DNA of 64,000 nucleotides from Minisyncoccota bacterium (GCA_035549255.1 DASZRD010000007.1:65104-129103), one strand, 5' to 3'. Shown: positions 37,227 through 47,030, numbered from the stretch's first letter. Notes: generated from the sequence alone by a model not told the origin. Translations and numbers: made by a program.

Positions 37227-38777
37227 GTGGTAAAATACGCTTCTATGTCAGCACAGGAGATTATCGCAAAGATGAGCTCCCCTACCCCCGAGGACAAAAC
37301 TCTGGTCGAGAAGGCCTATAATTTCGCCGCAGAGGCGCACAAAGACCACAAGCGGTTCTCCGGCGAGCCGTACATCACGCACCTTGCGGCCACCGCCGAG
37401 TCGCTCGCCGAGCTTGGCATGAGCGCCAAAACTGTCGCCGCAGGGCTTCTCCATGACTCGATCGAAGACATGGGGGTAAAACCAGAAACGATCGAAAAAG
37501 AATTTGGCAAGGAAGTGCTCTTCCTCATCGAGGGCGTCACCAAGCTCGGGCACCTCAAGTATCGCGGCGCGGAGCGCCATCGCGAATCTCTGCGCAAGCT
37601 CCTTGTAGCAACCGGCAAAGACGTGCGCGTGCTCATCATCAAATTGATGGATCGGCTGCACAACATGCGCACGCTCGAGTACGTACCGGAGGAGAAGCGC
37701 AAGAGGATCGCTCTGGAGACGCTCGAGATTTATGCGGCGATCGCGCATCGGCTCGGCATGGGGCTCGTGCGCCGCGAGCTCGAGGACCTCGCCTTCAGGT
37801 GGGCGTACCCCGAGGAGTACGCCGAGGCTCAGAAGCTCCTCACGACTAAGACGAAAGAGACGCAAGAGCGCCTCAAGGAGATGACGCGCACGCTCAAGAA
37901 GGAATTGGCGAAGAACGATATCAGGAATTTCGAAACCGATTACCGCGTGAAGGGGCTCTGGAGCCTGTGGCAGAAGCTCAAGCGCAAGGGCGGCGACATC
38001 GCCAAGGTCTACGACATCGCGGCGCTGCGCGTCATGGTGAACGACGCGGCCGATTGCTATCGAGTATTAGGATTGGTCAACAACCTCTGGCAGCCGCTCC
38101 CGAACAAGATCAAAGACTACATTGCCTTCCCCAAACCCAACGGCTATCAATCGCTCCACACGACTGTCTTTGCGGGCGACGGCGGCATTGTCGAGGTGCA
38201 GATTAGAACGCGCGACATGCATCGCGAGGCACAGTTCGGCATCGCGGCGCACGTGATCTACAAAGAGCGCAACGGCGCGGGCGCGCAAGGGAGAGGCTCG
38301 AGCTTCGACTGGATACGCTCGCTTCTGCCCGGCTTCCGCCGCGCTGCCAAAGCGGAAGCACCACAAGAAGAAAAGACGGGCCGCGCGCGCTACAGCTCGG
38401 CCACGGTGCCCGACTGGCTCTCGGGGCTTGAGGACGAGCTCGATGACCCCGACTTCGACACCGCGGTGCGCAGCGACATCTTCTCGCATCGCGTGTTTAT
38501 CTTTACGCCGCACGGCGACGTAGTCGACCTCCCTGCCAAGGCCACGCCCATCGACTTCGCGTATGCTATACACTCCGACTTGGGCGACCATGTATCGGGT
38601 GCCAAGGTCAATGGCAAGCTCGTACCACTCGACACCGAGCTCCACAACGGCGACATCGTCGAGATCCAGACCAAGAAGAACGCCTGGCCCACCTCAAAGT
38701 GGCTCGACTTCGCCAAGACCACGCTCGCACGCCGCCACATCCGCAACCGGCTGGAAGGCGAGCAGAAAATTAAATAG
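37227..38777 (+). CDS. rel: bifunctional (p)ppGpp synthetase/hydrolase (RelA/SpoT homolog, short 516-aa form)
   Basis: HD hydrolase domain, RelA/SpoT synthetase domain and TGS domain. The track start is a GTG; the ATG at 37245 (MSAQEI) is an alternative start. Confidence 0.9.
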   Translation: MVKYASMSAQEIIAKMSSPTPEDKTLVEKAYNFAAEAHKDHKRFSGEPYITHLAATAESLAELGMSAKTVAAGLLHDSIEDMGVKPETIEKEFGKEVLFLIEGVTKLGHLKYRGAERHRESLRKLLVATGKDVRVLIIKLMDRLHNMRTLEYVPEEKRKRIALETLEIYAAIAHRLGMGLVRRELEDLAFRWAYPEEYAEAQKLLTTKTKETQERLKEMTRTLKKELAKNDIRNFETDYRVKGLWSLWQKLKRKGGDIAKVYDIAALRVMVNDAADCYRVLGLVNNLWQPLPNKIKDYIAFPKPNGYQSLHTTVFAGDGGIVEVQIRTRDMHREAQFGIAAHVIYKERNGAGAQGRGSSFDWIRSLLPGFRRAAKAEAPQEEKTGRARYSSATVPDWLSGLEDELDDPDFDTAVRSDIFSHRVFIFTPHGDVVDLPAKATPIDFAYAIHSDLGDHVSGAKVNGKLVPLDTELHNGDIVEIQTKKNAWPTSKWLDFAKTTLARRHIRNRLEGEQKIK

Positions 38778-39837
38778 AAAAACTCGAGGGGTCGAAGGAA
38801 TTCTCGTCTGCTTTCTTTTCTTCCCCTGTGCGATCATCCAAATTGTTCGAAAGCGAATCCTGTTCAGGAAAATGGTCTGGTTGAGCCGACCCAGACGGTG
38901 ACCCGAGGACCTTTTCCTGAGCAGGATTTGCTGGAGTTTGGTCATTTTGCCCAGCAAGTTGCTGCTCCGCTCCAGTTGCAGGATTCTGTGGAGCTTCTTT
39001 CATCTGCGCGATGCGCGAGGCGAGATTGTAGAAGATACCTTTCAGGTCTTCCTCGTTCATAAAGTCGATTGAGAGCTTGCCGCCGCGCTCTTTGGTCTCG
39101 ATAGCGACACGCGTACCGAGCGCCTCGGTTAACTCCTTCTCCATTTCCAAAATCTCGGGCGCATAGAGATATTCCTTTTTGCGCACGCGGTCGAAGGCGA
39201 TCCTGCGCGCGATCGCCTCGGTGTCGCGCACCGTGAGGCGCTTGAGGAGGATTTCACGGAAGAGCGTCCCCTGCTCCTGCGGCCGCTCGCTGAGCATGAG
39301 GAGCGGCCTGGTGTGGCCTTCGTTGATCTTGCCGTCGGCGAGCGCTTGCTGCATTTCTTCGGGAAGCCCGAGCAGGCGGATCGTGTTGGAGACATACACG
39401 CGGCTCATGCCGATCTTCTCGCCGATCTCGCTGTGCTTGAAGCCAAATTGCTTGTGGAGCTGATCGAAGGCCTTTGCGCGGTCGATAGGGTTGAGGTCCT
39501 CGCGCTGCAAGTTCTCGATGATCGCAAGCTCGAGCTTGGTCTTGTCGTCGTCGAATCCCTCGCGCATGAGGACCGGCACTTGAGAGATGCCTGCGAGCTT
39601 AGAGGCGCGGAGCCTGCGTTCGCCGGCGATAAGCTCGTACTCGGTCGCGATGCCGCCGTCCTCCTTCTGGATTTCTTTGCGCGAGACCGTGAGCGGCTGG
39701 ATCACGCCATACTGCCTGATCGACTTTGCCAGCTCCTGGAGCTTTCCCTCATCAAACTCTTTGCGGGGCTGGAAAGGGTTGGGCTTGATCTTGTCGACCT
39801 CGACCCAGAAAATCGCATTGTTGTAAAAGCCTGCCAT
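38770..39837 (-). CDS. parB: ParB/Spo0J-like partition protein with a long disordered C-terminal tail
   Basis: ParB N domain and HTH (...IQPLTVSRKE...GERRLRASKLAG...). The start was set at MAGFYNN because the longer track ORF overlaps tRNA-Leu. No adjacent parA. Confidence 0.85.
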   Translation of the reverse strand: MAGFYNNAIFWVEVDKIKPNPFQPRKEFDEGKLQELAKSIRQYGVIQPLTVSRKEIQKEDGGIATEYELIAGERRLRASKLAGISQVPVLMREGFDDDKTKLELAIIENLQREDLNPIDRAKAFDQLHKQFGFKHSEIGEKIGMSRVYVSNTIRLLGLPEEMQQALADGKINEGHTRPLLMLSERPQEQGTLFREILLKRLTVRDTEAIARRIAFDRVRKKEYLYAPEILEMEKELTEALGTRVAIETKERGGKLSIDFMNEEDLKGIFYNLASRIAQMKEAPQNPATGAEQQLAGQNDQTPANPAQEKVLGSPSGSAQPDHFPEQDSLSNNLDDRTGEEKKADENSFDPSSFSI

Positions 39838-39866
39838 AGGCGATATTCTAACACGAGTCCTCATAC

Positions 39867-39950
39867 GCCGGGGTGGCGGAATTGGTAGACGCACGGGACT
39901 CAAAATCCCGCGATGGCAACATCATGAGAGTTCGATTCTCTCCCCCGGCA
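39867..39950 (+). tRNA. tRNA-Leu (anticodon CAA)
   Basis: Class II tRNA: GCCGGGGTGGCGGAATTGGTAGACGC..., anticodon loop CTCAAAA, long variable arm. No encoded CCA. Confidence 0.85.
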
Positions 39951-40016
39951 CACATTCTTTATTTTATTCCGGCAACATGTTAGTGTCCGTCTTGGCACAG
40001 TACCAAGGAGGTTCGT

Positions 40017-40745
40017 ATGGCCGAAGCCAGAAGTCGCATCATCTTCGCTCACGATAAGGACATATTCACCAAGGAGGACCAAGCGCGGTACAAATCCTTC
40101 CGCCGGCATATCGGCTGGATCAAAGTCGGCCTCCAGGCAATGACGCATGAGGACCGCAACGGCGTTTCTGCCGCGACGAGGCTGCGCAAGTGGGCGCTCG
40201 CGCAGGGCTTCGACGTCATGTGGGACATGAAGCTCGACGATATTCCCAACACGACCGGCAACGCCGTGCGCAATATCGCCGCCCACGGCTCCAGCCTCAT
40301 CACCTTGCATGCGTCTGCGGGCAAGCCGGCTATGGCCGCCGCCGCGGAAGCGCTTGCGCAATCTGGCAAGAGGGCGGCGCTCCTGGCAGTCACCGTGCTT
40401 ACCTCGATCAACAAGAAGGAGTGCGTTTCGATCTTCGGCGATTCGCCCGGCCCCAAAGTCGTGCAATTCGCCAGAGACGCGATCGCAATGGGAGTCACCG
40501 GCCTCGTATGCTCTCCGCAAGAGCTGCGGGCGCTTGAGCAGGCCGACCTCTCGCATGAGCTGATGCTAGTCGTGCCGGGCGTACGGCCCGCGTGGGCATC
40601 GGCGCACGATCAGAAACGCATCATGACTCCGGCGCAAGCGATACGCGCTGGGGCGGACCTGCTTGTCATCGGGCGGCCGATCTCAGAGCATCGCAACCCG
40701 CAGGAAGCCGCACGGCTGATCTGGGAAGAGATCGAATCCGTATAA
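40017..40745 (+). CDS. pyrF: orotidine 5'-phosphate decarboxylase
   Basis: ...IIFAHDKD...MWDMKLDDIPNTTGNAV..., the OMPdecase signature. Confidence 0.85.
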   Translation: MAEARSRIIFAHDKDIFTKEDQARYKSFRRHIGWIKVGLQAMTHEDRNGVSAATRLRKWALAQGFDVMWDMKLDDIPNTTGNAVRNIAAHGSSLITLHASAGKPAMAAAAEALAQSGKRAALLAVTVLTSINKKECVSIFGDSPGPKVVQFARDAIAMGVTGLVCSPQELRALEQADLSHELMLVVPGVRPAWASAHDQKRIMTPAQAIRAGADLLVIGRPISEHRNPQEAARLIWEEIESV

Positions 40746-40746
40746 C

Positions 40747-40795
40747 AGCGCGCTCCGCCGACGATGGTCGGCGGAGCGCTTTCTTTTTTATCTAA
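40747..40795 (+). terminator. intrinsic terminator
   Basis: GCGCTCCGCCGAC-GATG-GTCGGCGGAGCGC followed by TTTCTTTTTTAT. Confidence 0.6.
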
Positions 40796-40840
40796 ACATA
40801 GTAAGGTAAGAGCGGTTTTGTTCCACTGGGAGGACCTAGC

Positions 40841-41512
40841 ATGATAGACCTCGACACGCTCGCACTGCGTCTGTTCGAATTGGGCGCAGTGAAGATCGAC
40901 ACTGAAGTAGGCTTCAGACTGAAGCTTCATGAGACCAACCCCGGCGTTCCGCTTTCGCCCATCTACCTCAACTTGCGCACACCAGAGAACCCGAAGCCGG
41001 GGCCGCTGACGCCCGAGCTGGTGCAGGATATGGGCACATTGCTTTGGAAAGAAGCAATCCGTATCGGCTTTCGCTTCAACGCGATCGCCGGCCTACCGAA
41101 CGCCGGCACACCGCTCGCGGAAGCCATGAAGCGCGCAGCCTACATCGGCGGCCTCTATCTCCCCACAATTTCTCTCAACAAAGCGGAGACTGCGCAAGGG
41201 CGCCGGATCGATGGCATTGCCGACTATGGGGGCGCCTCTAAGAACGACAGAGTGCTCATCATTGACGACCTCATTACGCGCGGCGACAGCAAGAACGAAG
41301 GCATCGAAGCTCTGCGCACTGATGGCTTCGAGGTGACTGATGTGCTCGTTCTTGTCGATCGCGAGCAAGGCGGCGCCGAGGATCTGAAGACATTCGGCGT
41401 AAAGCTCCATAGCATCATCACGCTCGACTCGATTCTTATCAAGCTCCATCGTTATGATAGGATCAGTGAGCGGCAGCTGGAGACGATTCTCCGGTATCTT
41501 GGCAGAAAGTAA
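40841..41512 (+). CDS. pyrE: orotate phosphoribosyltransferase
   Basis: Type I PRTase motif VLIIDDLITRGDSK. Confidence 0.85.
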   Translation: MIDLDTLALRLFELGAVKIDTEVGFRLKLHETNPGVPLSPIYLNLRTPENPKPGPLTPELVQDMGTLLWKEAIRIGFRFNAIAGLPNAGTPLAEAMKRAAYIGGLYLPTISLNKAETAQGRRIDGIADYGGASKNDRVLIIDDLITRGDSKNEGIEALRTDGFEVTDVLVLVDREQGGAEDLKTFGVKLHSIITLDSILIKLHRYDRISERQLETILRYLGRK

Positions 41513-41530
41513 TACTAGAAATGACTCTCG

Positions 41531-41568
41531 GCCGCCTTATTGGCGGCCGTTTCTTTTTTCATATAAAT
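41531..41568 (+). terminator. intrinsic terminator
   Basis: CGGCCGCC-TTATT-GGCGGCCG followed by TTTCTTTTTTCAT. Confidence 0.55.
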
Positions 41569-41584
41569 CCGCTACATTGGCTTT

Positions 41585-42625
41585 GTGCAAAAGCAACCAG
41601 TGATCGCGATCGTAGGCCCTACGGCGTCAGGCAAGTCCTCGCTGGGCATTTATCTTGCACAAAAATTGGGTGGAGAAGTAATTTCTGCCGACTCGCGACA
41701 AGTCTATAAAGGCCTCAATATCGGTACCGGCAAAGTGACCAAGAAAGAGATGGCAGGTATTCCCCATCACCTATTAGACGTCGCCTCGCCCAAGCGGCAG
41801 TTCACAGTCGATCAGTTTGTTAAGTTGGGCACCAAGGCCATTAAAGATATCTTACAACGCGGCCATACGCCGATCATTGTCGGCGGCACCGGGCTCTATG
41901 TCGATATGCTCTTAGGCCGCATGTCCTACCCTGAAGTGCCGCCTAATCCAGCGCTGCGCAAACGGCTCGAGAAAAAGAGTACTGAACACCTCTTCGTCAT
42001 GCTCGAAAAGCTCGACCCAGCTCGTGCAAGAACTATAGACGCCAAAAACCCGCGCCGCCTCGTGCGCGCGGTCGAGATCGCCAAAGCGTTGGGTAAGAAT
42101 TCTTTTCCGACTGCGGAACAAAAATACGACGTGTTCTGGCTCGGGCTCAATCCCGACGACGCGACGCTCAAAAAGAACATCCATATGCGTCTCACAGCGC
42201 GCATGAAGACCGGCATGGTTGCCGAGGCCAGGCGGCTCCACGCGCACGGCCTCTCCTACAAGCGCATGCGCGAGCTCGGGCTCGAGTATCGATTCTTGGC
42301 TGACTATCTCGAAACTAAATTAGATAAAGAAGAATTCGAAGAAAGTCTTGAACGCGCGATCTGGCAGTATGCCAAGCGCCAGCGGACGTGGTTCAAGCGC
42401 AACATGGATATCCATTGGATACAGAGCAAAACGGAGGCTCTGCAGCTGGTAAAACACTTCGCGGGCGGGCGCAGGGACAGGAAGATCGAAATTGTCACAA
42501 CGGCAAACGAGGCAAGTCGCGCAGCATCCCATCGCCGTTCGTGGATGCCGCCGATGAAAAGCGAGCAATCAAGATCATCGAGAGCATCTTGGAATTCGGT
42601 GCGCAGCGAACGCCGCAGGTCGTGA
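41585..42625 (+). CDS. miaA: tRNA dimethylallyltransferase
   Basis: ...IAIVGPTASGKSSLGIYLAQKLGGEVISADSRQVYKGLNIGTGK.... The C-terminal 40 aa or so look like extension or read-through. Confidence 0.88.
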   Translation: MQKQPVIAIVGPTASGKSSLGIYLAQKLGGEVISADSRQVYKGLNIGTGKVTKKEMAGIPHHLLDVASPKRQFTVDQFVKLGTKAIKDILQRGHTPIIVGGTGLYVDMLLGRMSYPEVPPNPALRKRLEKKSTEHLFVMLEKLDPARARTIDAKNPRRLVRAVEIAKALGKNSFPTAEQKYDVFWLGLNPDDATLKKNIHMRLTARMKTGMVAEARRLHAHGLSYKRMRELGLEYRFLADYLETKLDKEEFEESLERAIWQYAKRQRTWFKRNMDIHWIQSKTEALQLVKHFAGGRRDRKIEIVTTANEASRAASHRRSWMPPMKSEQSRSSRASWNSVRSERRRS

Positions 42626-42640
42626 AGCTGCTCGATGACA

Positions 42641-42841
42641 TCAAGGAGCTGGAGCAGATGGAGAAGGATCGCTTGGCGGAGGAGCAACTTCTGGCAGCAT
42701 AGCGTCCACGGCAGCTAGCAATCGATAAAAAGACAGTAAGCGCTCCGCAGCCTCACGCGCTTCCTCGCGGCCCAACTTCTTCTTGTAGTGGCGTTTGCAG
42801 AGGGCGATGAACTCGTCGAGTTGTCGATCGGTCAATTCCAT
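42641..42841 (-). CDS. hypothetical small protein (66 aa) downstream of the UvrD-like helicase
   Basis: ORF co-oriented with the helicase, 75 nt downstream of it. Helical N-terminus and a Pro/Ser-rich tail. Confidence 0.35.
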   Translation of the reverse strand: MELTDRQLDEFIALCKRHYKKKLGREEAREAAERLLSFYRLLAAVDAMLPEVAPPPSDPSPSAPAP

Positions 42842-42915
42842 GAGCGATCATTGTGAGTCCTCGCGACTCTGGGCGCAAGGCAAGGAAAGCTGGGATCATC
42901 AATCACCAAATCTCG

Positions 42916-44544
42916 CTATTTCCGAGCTTCCGATGCTCGCCAGTAAGCAGCGTCAACCTTGATCGAGTTGAAGCGCCGCGCCGTTATCCAGCGCAAAAAC
43001 GGCGACGGCGCTTTCACCTGGGTGCCGGCGAATCGTCTAGTGAGAACTATCGTGCACTTCTTCTTGGTCCGCGTCAGACCAACGAGGAACTTGCATATCT
43101 CCATGTCGGTGACGTTATTGGCCTGCCTCGGCAGGTCGCCCTCTTGGAGGCCCAGCAAGAAGACATGCTGCGCAGTCAAACCCTTCGCGCTTTCATAGGA
43201 CCGAGTCTGAATGTTCATCACGGACTTGGGCGCTTCTTTCTCCTCGATGACCGGCGGCACGAATTCGGCCACCTCCTTCAGCACGGCGGCTCGCAGATCT
43301 TCCGGCAACACTTCTGACAAAGAGAGTGCCTTCTCCGCAGCCAGGCGAATGGATTTCATGCGGGTTTCGCGATCGCCAAGGCTAAGGATGATCCTCCATG
43401 CCAAATTGGAGTGCGGATTGTCCTTCAACATCTTAAGCGCAAGCTCGCGAGGACTCTCTTTATCTCCGTCTTCATCGGCCAACAGACCGACGCTTCGGAG
43501 GTGATCTTCCACTTGGGGAAGGTAGGGCTTGCTACCGATTATGAGCGCCACCGGCTCATGGTTCTTTTCCGCTTCCGCGATGTCCTCGGCAGATATCGCG
43601 CGCAGGCGCTCCTCGATAAATCGACCTATGTAGTTTGCCGCATTGGACTGAACGCTGGTCGTGACCAAATCAATGGTTGGATATGTCTGGCTGTCAGGCC
43701 CCTTCATCGGCTCGTAGAAACGAAAAGGCTTTTCGATCCGACCCGCCAGCTTCTTTAGGTCCTTTGCGACCGTCAGCACTTCGTTCACAGCGTCCACGAT
43801 CACCTGCGTGCAGCGCATGCAGAACGGCAAATGAAAATGCTCGTAGTCTGTACCGGCGTAGTGTTTGCGAATGTGGTCCCAACTGGCATTCCGCAGATTG
43901 CCATAGAGGGCTTGATCGTCATCTCCGGCGAGCACGATCGGGCCTGCCTCAGCGAGATACGCGATCACCTCCGCTTCCATCGCGTTGAAGTCTTGGAACT
44001 CGTCAACTAGCGTCAATCTCGGCGTCGGAACTGACTTCCGGTCTTTCTTGAATCCCAATAGCACCCGATAGACACCGTCATCGAAATCAACGGCGTCGTA
44101 GAAATCGCAGCGCTCCATATAGTAGGCGCCGAGTTCGTCGGAGCATTCGAGTTTGCGCATCAACGCGATAAATGCTGGTGCCGCGCCACCTCGAAGGATC
44201 TCCCAATCCTCGCTGATAAACGAGCGAAGGCCGGGGTAGCAGATGAAGTCGGTCGAAAGGCCACCCCGCAAGTTCGCATCGCGATGGAGAAGCGACTGGG
44301 AATAACCGTGAAGCGTGAACACCTTTGCCGAGTCGCCGAGGCTTCGTTCAAGGTCCTCCTTAAGCGAATTGACGAACGTGAGTACGAGACGATCGTCGGC
44401 GCCGCCACCTGCTCGCTCTAAGAGTTTCTTGAAGAGGTACGTCTTCCCTGAACCTGGGCCCGCCACCACTAGCTTCTTCGCGCTGGTCGACTCTAGCGCC
44501 TTATCCGTCGCTGCCTTCAATTCCGCTGCTGGATCTTCCTCCAT
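42916..44544 (-). CDS. UvrD/Rep-family (SF1) helicase-like protein, standalone 542-aa form
   Basis: Walker A motif VVAGPGSGKT, motif II LVDEFQDFN, motif III AGDDDQALYG and motif VI GLTRTKKK. No fused nuclease. Confidence 0.75.
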   Translation of the reverse strand: MEEDPAAELKAATDKALESTSAKKLVVAGPGSGKTYLFKKLLERAGGGADDRLVLTFVNSLKEDLERSLGDSAKVFTLHGYSQSLLHRDANLRGGLSTDFICYPGLRSFISEDWEILRGGAAPAFIALMRKLECSDELGAYYMERCDFYDAVDFDDGVYRVLLGFKKDRKSVPTPRLTLVDEFQDFNAMEAEVIAYLAEAGPIVLAGDDDQALYGNLRNASWDHIRKHYAGTDYEHFHLPFCMRCTQVIVDAVNEVLTVAKDLKKLAGRIEKPFRFYEPMKGPDSQTYPTIDLVTTSVQSNAANYIGRFIEERLRAISAEDIAEAEKNHEPVALIIGSKPYLPQVEDHLRSVGLLADEDGDKESPRELALKMLKDNPHSNLAWRIILSLGDRETRMKSIRLAAEKALSLSEVLPEDLRAAVLKEVAEFVPPVIEEKEAPKSVMNIQTRSYESAKGLTAQHVFLLGLQEGDLPRQANNVTDMEICKFLVGLTRTKKKCTIVLTRRFAGTQVKAPSPFLRWITARRFNSIKVDAAYWRASEARK

Positions 44545-44733
44545 ACCAGCATTGTACGAAGCCGAGAGGCGTACACCAAGGACGTGCTGCGGCCATGGTT
44601 AGTTTAACGAGTCGACAAAGGGATTGACGCCTGATCGAACTCGACTCGTCGTGTGCGCAGCGAGGAAAAGTGACTCAACGACACCTTTCGTTGTTGCGAG
44701 CAAGGCAGGAGAAATTGTCGTTATGGCAAACTG

Positions 44734-44804
44734 CGGGCGCTGAGGGAATCGAACCCCCACTAACGGTTTTGGAGACCGTTGTTCTACCACTAAACTAAGC
44801 GCCC
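44734..44804 (-). tRNA. tRNA-Trp (anticodon CCA)
   Basis: Anticodon loop CTCCAAA, acceptor GGGCGCT/AGCGCCC, discriminator G. Immediately downstream of rpmG, as in the conserved cluster. Confidence 0.8.
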
Positions 44805-44827
44805 GTGAGGCCAGTATAGCGAAAAAC

Positions 44828-44986
44828 CTACTTCTTCGCCTCTTTATGTACCGTTTGAGCCCGGCACCATTTGCAGTACTTCTTGAGCTCTATCTTGCGC
44901 TCAACGAGCTTCTTGTTCTTGGAGCTCCAATAATTGATGCGCTTGCACTTCTGGCATTGCAGCTTTATGAGTCGATCCTGTGACAT
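44828..44986 (-). CDS. rpmG: 50S ribosomal protein L33
   Basis: MSQDRLIKLQCQKCKRINYWSSKNKKLVERKIELKKYCKWCRAQTVHKEAKK. The start was set at MSQD. Confidence 0.85.
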   Translation of the reverse strand: MSQDRLIKLQCQKCKRINYWSSKNKKLVERKIELKKYCKWCRAQTVHKEAKK

Positions 44987-45026
44987 GACCAAAAGACTAT
45001 ATCCTACAAAGCAGAAGTGCGCAACT

Positions 45027-45620
45027 CTAGAGCGTCGTCGCCCCGGGGCAGAAGCTGAAGCGCAGATCGATGCCTGAGTACGTCTGATCAACCGAGTATG
45101 GCACGCTCATCGTGTAGTTAAGCGCGCACATTTGATCCTGCGAAATGCCGTACTGGCTCATGAGATACTGTTCCACCGCTACGCGCGTGTCGGCAATCGG
45201 CTCCTGCAAAAGGCTTATGTTGAAATACTGCGTCTGATCGATATAGAGGATGAGGAATGGCGGATTAGGCAGAGACATCGGATCAGTACTGCTTGCCTGC
45301 CCAACATGATAGCCGAGATAATAATAGCCCGATGCCGGATACGCGCCGGTCTCTGTGTTGGCGATAACGTCCTTTGGCGCCCAGTCCGATGCTTGGCCGT
45401 TGGTGCCGGAACTCGTACCAGAGGTACTGCCCTGTGCCGGGACTTCGACCTGGCCGGTGGGCCCGCCGGTGTCGCCGGGGAGTATCGATACGGGCGTATT
45501 GCCGTCCTGATTTGCGGCGGGAGCGGCATTCCCCCGCAGCAAGCCGATTACGACAAGCGCCCCAAGAAGAATCATGACGATTGCAGCGAGGCTTGCGGCT
45601 ATAAGCGTTATCTTTTGCAT
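45027..45620 (-). CDS. hypothetical secreted protein
   Basis: N-terminal TM helix or signal peptide followed by a Thr/Ser/Gly-rich region. 197 aa. Confidence 0.45.
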   Translation of the reverse strand: MQKITLIAASLAAIVMILLGALVVIGLLRGNAAPAANQDGNTPVSILPGDTGGPTGQVEVPAQGSTSGTSSGTNGQASDWAPKDVIANTETGAYPASGYYYLGYHVGQASSTDPMSLPNPPFLILYIDQTQYFNISLLQEPIADTRVAVEQYLMSQYGISQDQMCALNYTMSVPYSVDQTYSGIDLRFSFCPGATTL

Positions 45621-45626
45621 ATCGTA

Positions 45627-46955
45627 TTAGTTACCCGGGTCATACTGAGCGACGCAGCTTGCCGCCTTGGCATTGCAGCCGGGGCATGTCCAGTCGCTGT
45701 AAGGAGACTGCCCAGCGGCAAGACGTTGCTGAGAAAGATTATAAGCGGCCTGCGCATTGCAATTGGGGTCGTTACAGGATGTTGCCGAAGAACAGGTACC
45801 CGAATGAAGACTCGAGTTGTTCCAATTCCCCTGCAGTATCTGGAAGGTACCACACGCGGTTGATCCTTTTGGACTTGGAATGTAAGGCTGGCCGCTGCTC
45901 TCGGTCATCGCGATACAGGACATCGTGTTCGCCTGTGCGCTGGTATAGCCGATACTCTGCAGAAAGCTTACGCTGCAAGCGGAATCTCCCGTCGGACATT
46001 GCACCCCGCCGCTCGCAGCCGCTCCGGCGACGTAGCTCGTACAGTAGTATTGGCCATCCGAACCTTGATAACCGCCCGATTTGCACTGGCTAGGGTCGCT
46101 TATTGCGACCGGTGTTGGAGAAGTGACTACAGTCTGCGGAGGCGGCAAAATTTCTCCGATAAGATCCGAGATGGTCTTGGTATTATCGGGTGTCGTGCCG
46201 GGGCGTTGCGAGGGGTCGGTGCATGTCACCTGATTCCATCCTTTCCAATAGTCTTCACTCAGTATGGAATGAAGGACGGTCTCGATGATGAGATACGAGC
46301 CGAGCGTAATGACGAACCCAAAGATCACGTTGCGGAAAATGCTCTTGGCTCTAGAAATATTTTCCGCCCCTCCCATTGCGGAAGTGAAGTAGAGCACGCC
46401 TGCGTAGGCGAAGAGCGCCATAGCAATCGGTATCGAGACCTCGATAAGAAAGTTGATGATGCGGTTGAGTAGATCGACTATGTTGCAGGCATTGCAGCTC
46501 GTTGCAGCTTCGTTATACGCCGCAGTGCCGGGTGTGAGGCCTGTTGTGACGCCACACGGTACGAGCCCACTCGATGAGATTGAACCACTAGATCCCAATG
46601 TGTCAGCATAAGAAGAATTAGAAGACGGTGAATTTGATGACGATCCGCCGCTAGTAATTGTGAACGAGGAAGAACAAGTAGTGGTCCCTCCTGGGCCCCA
46701 GAATGTGCCGATAATTTGTGTCGACTGAGTCGGATAAAGCATTGTTGACCCACTAGGGCTCACTGATCCAACACCAGTAATAAAGCCAGCCGAAGTGCTC
46801 GTACTCTGCCATACCAGCGTAAAAGCATTCCCCTGATTAATAATGGCCTCTTGAGGGGTCAGGCTGCACGAGGGCAACGTGTCAGCATGAACGGCGTGTG
46901 GTACACCGATTATAAAAAGAAGCGCAAGTCCTCCCAGCAAGACCCGTACCTTCAT
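45627..46955 (-). CDS. secreted T4SS-pilin-like (TrbC/VirB2-like) domain fused to a C-terminal lysozyme-like/lytic-transglycosylase-like domain
   Basis: The start was set at MKVRVLLGG, a signal peptide, because the longer ORF would overlap tRNA-Tyr. The central two-TM pilin-like segment (...NIVDLLNRIINFLIEVSIPIAMALFAYAGVLYF...) is paralogous to the 58385-59842 genes. The C-terminus has ...MTESSGQP...GTFQIL. Confidence 0.55.
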   Translation of the reverse strand: MKVRVLLGGLALLFIIGVPHAVHADTLPSCSLTPQEAIINQGNAFTLVWQSTSTSAGFITGVGSVSPSGSTMLYPTQSTQIIGTFWGPGGTTTCSSSFTITSGGSSSNSPSSNSSYADTLGSSGSISSSGLVPCGVTTGLTPGTAAYNEAATSCNACNIVDLLNRIINFLIEVSIPIAMALFAYAGVLYFTSAMGGAENISRAKSIFRNVIFGFVITLGSYLIIETVLHSILSEDYWKGWNQVTCTDPSQRPGTTPDNTKTISDLIGEILPPPQTVVTSPTPVAISDPSQCKSGGYQGSDGQYYCTSYVAGAAASGGVQCPTGDSACSVSFLQSIGYTSAQANTMSCIAMTESSGQPYIPSPKGSTACGTFQILQGNWNNSSLHSGTCSSATSCNDPNCNAQAAYNLSQQRLAAGQSPYSDWTCPGCNAKAASCVAQYDPGN

Positions 46956-46989
46956 ATACGCTTTATAGTACCATCTGTTTTTCCGCTCC

Positions 46990-47030
46990 TGACAAGAGGC
47001 TGCAAAACGTGTAGAGTATGGAGTGTTCGC
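46990..47030 (+). promoter_or_regulatory. tRNA-Tyr promoter; its -35 hexamer region is shared palindromically with the divergent promoter of the 46955 gene
   Basis: The plus strand has TGACAA, 17 nt, TAGAGT. The minus strand has TTGTCA, about 17 nt, TACTAT. Confidence 0.4.

Noticed and set aside
42388-42702. 104-aa plus-strand ORF overlapping the miaA 3' end
   Set aside because: Out-of-frame overlap with miaA, no domain and no RBS. Likely spurious.
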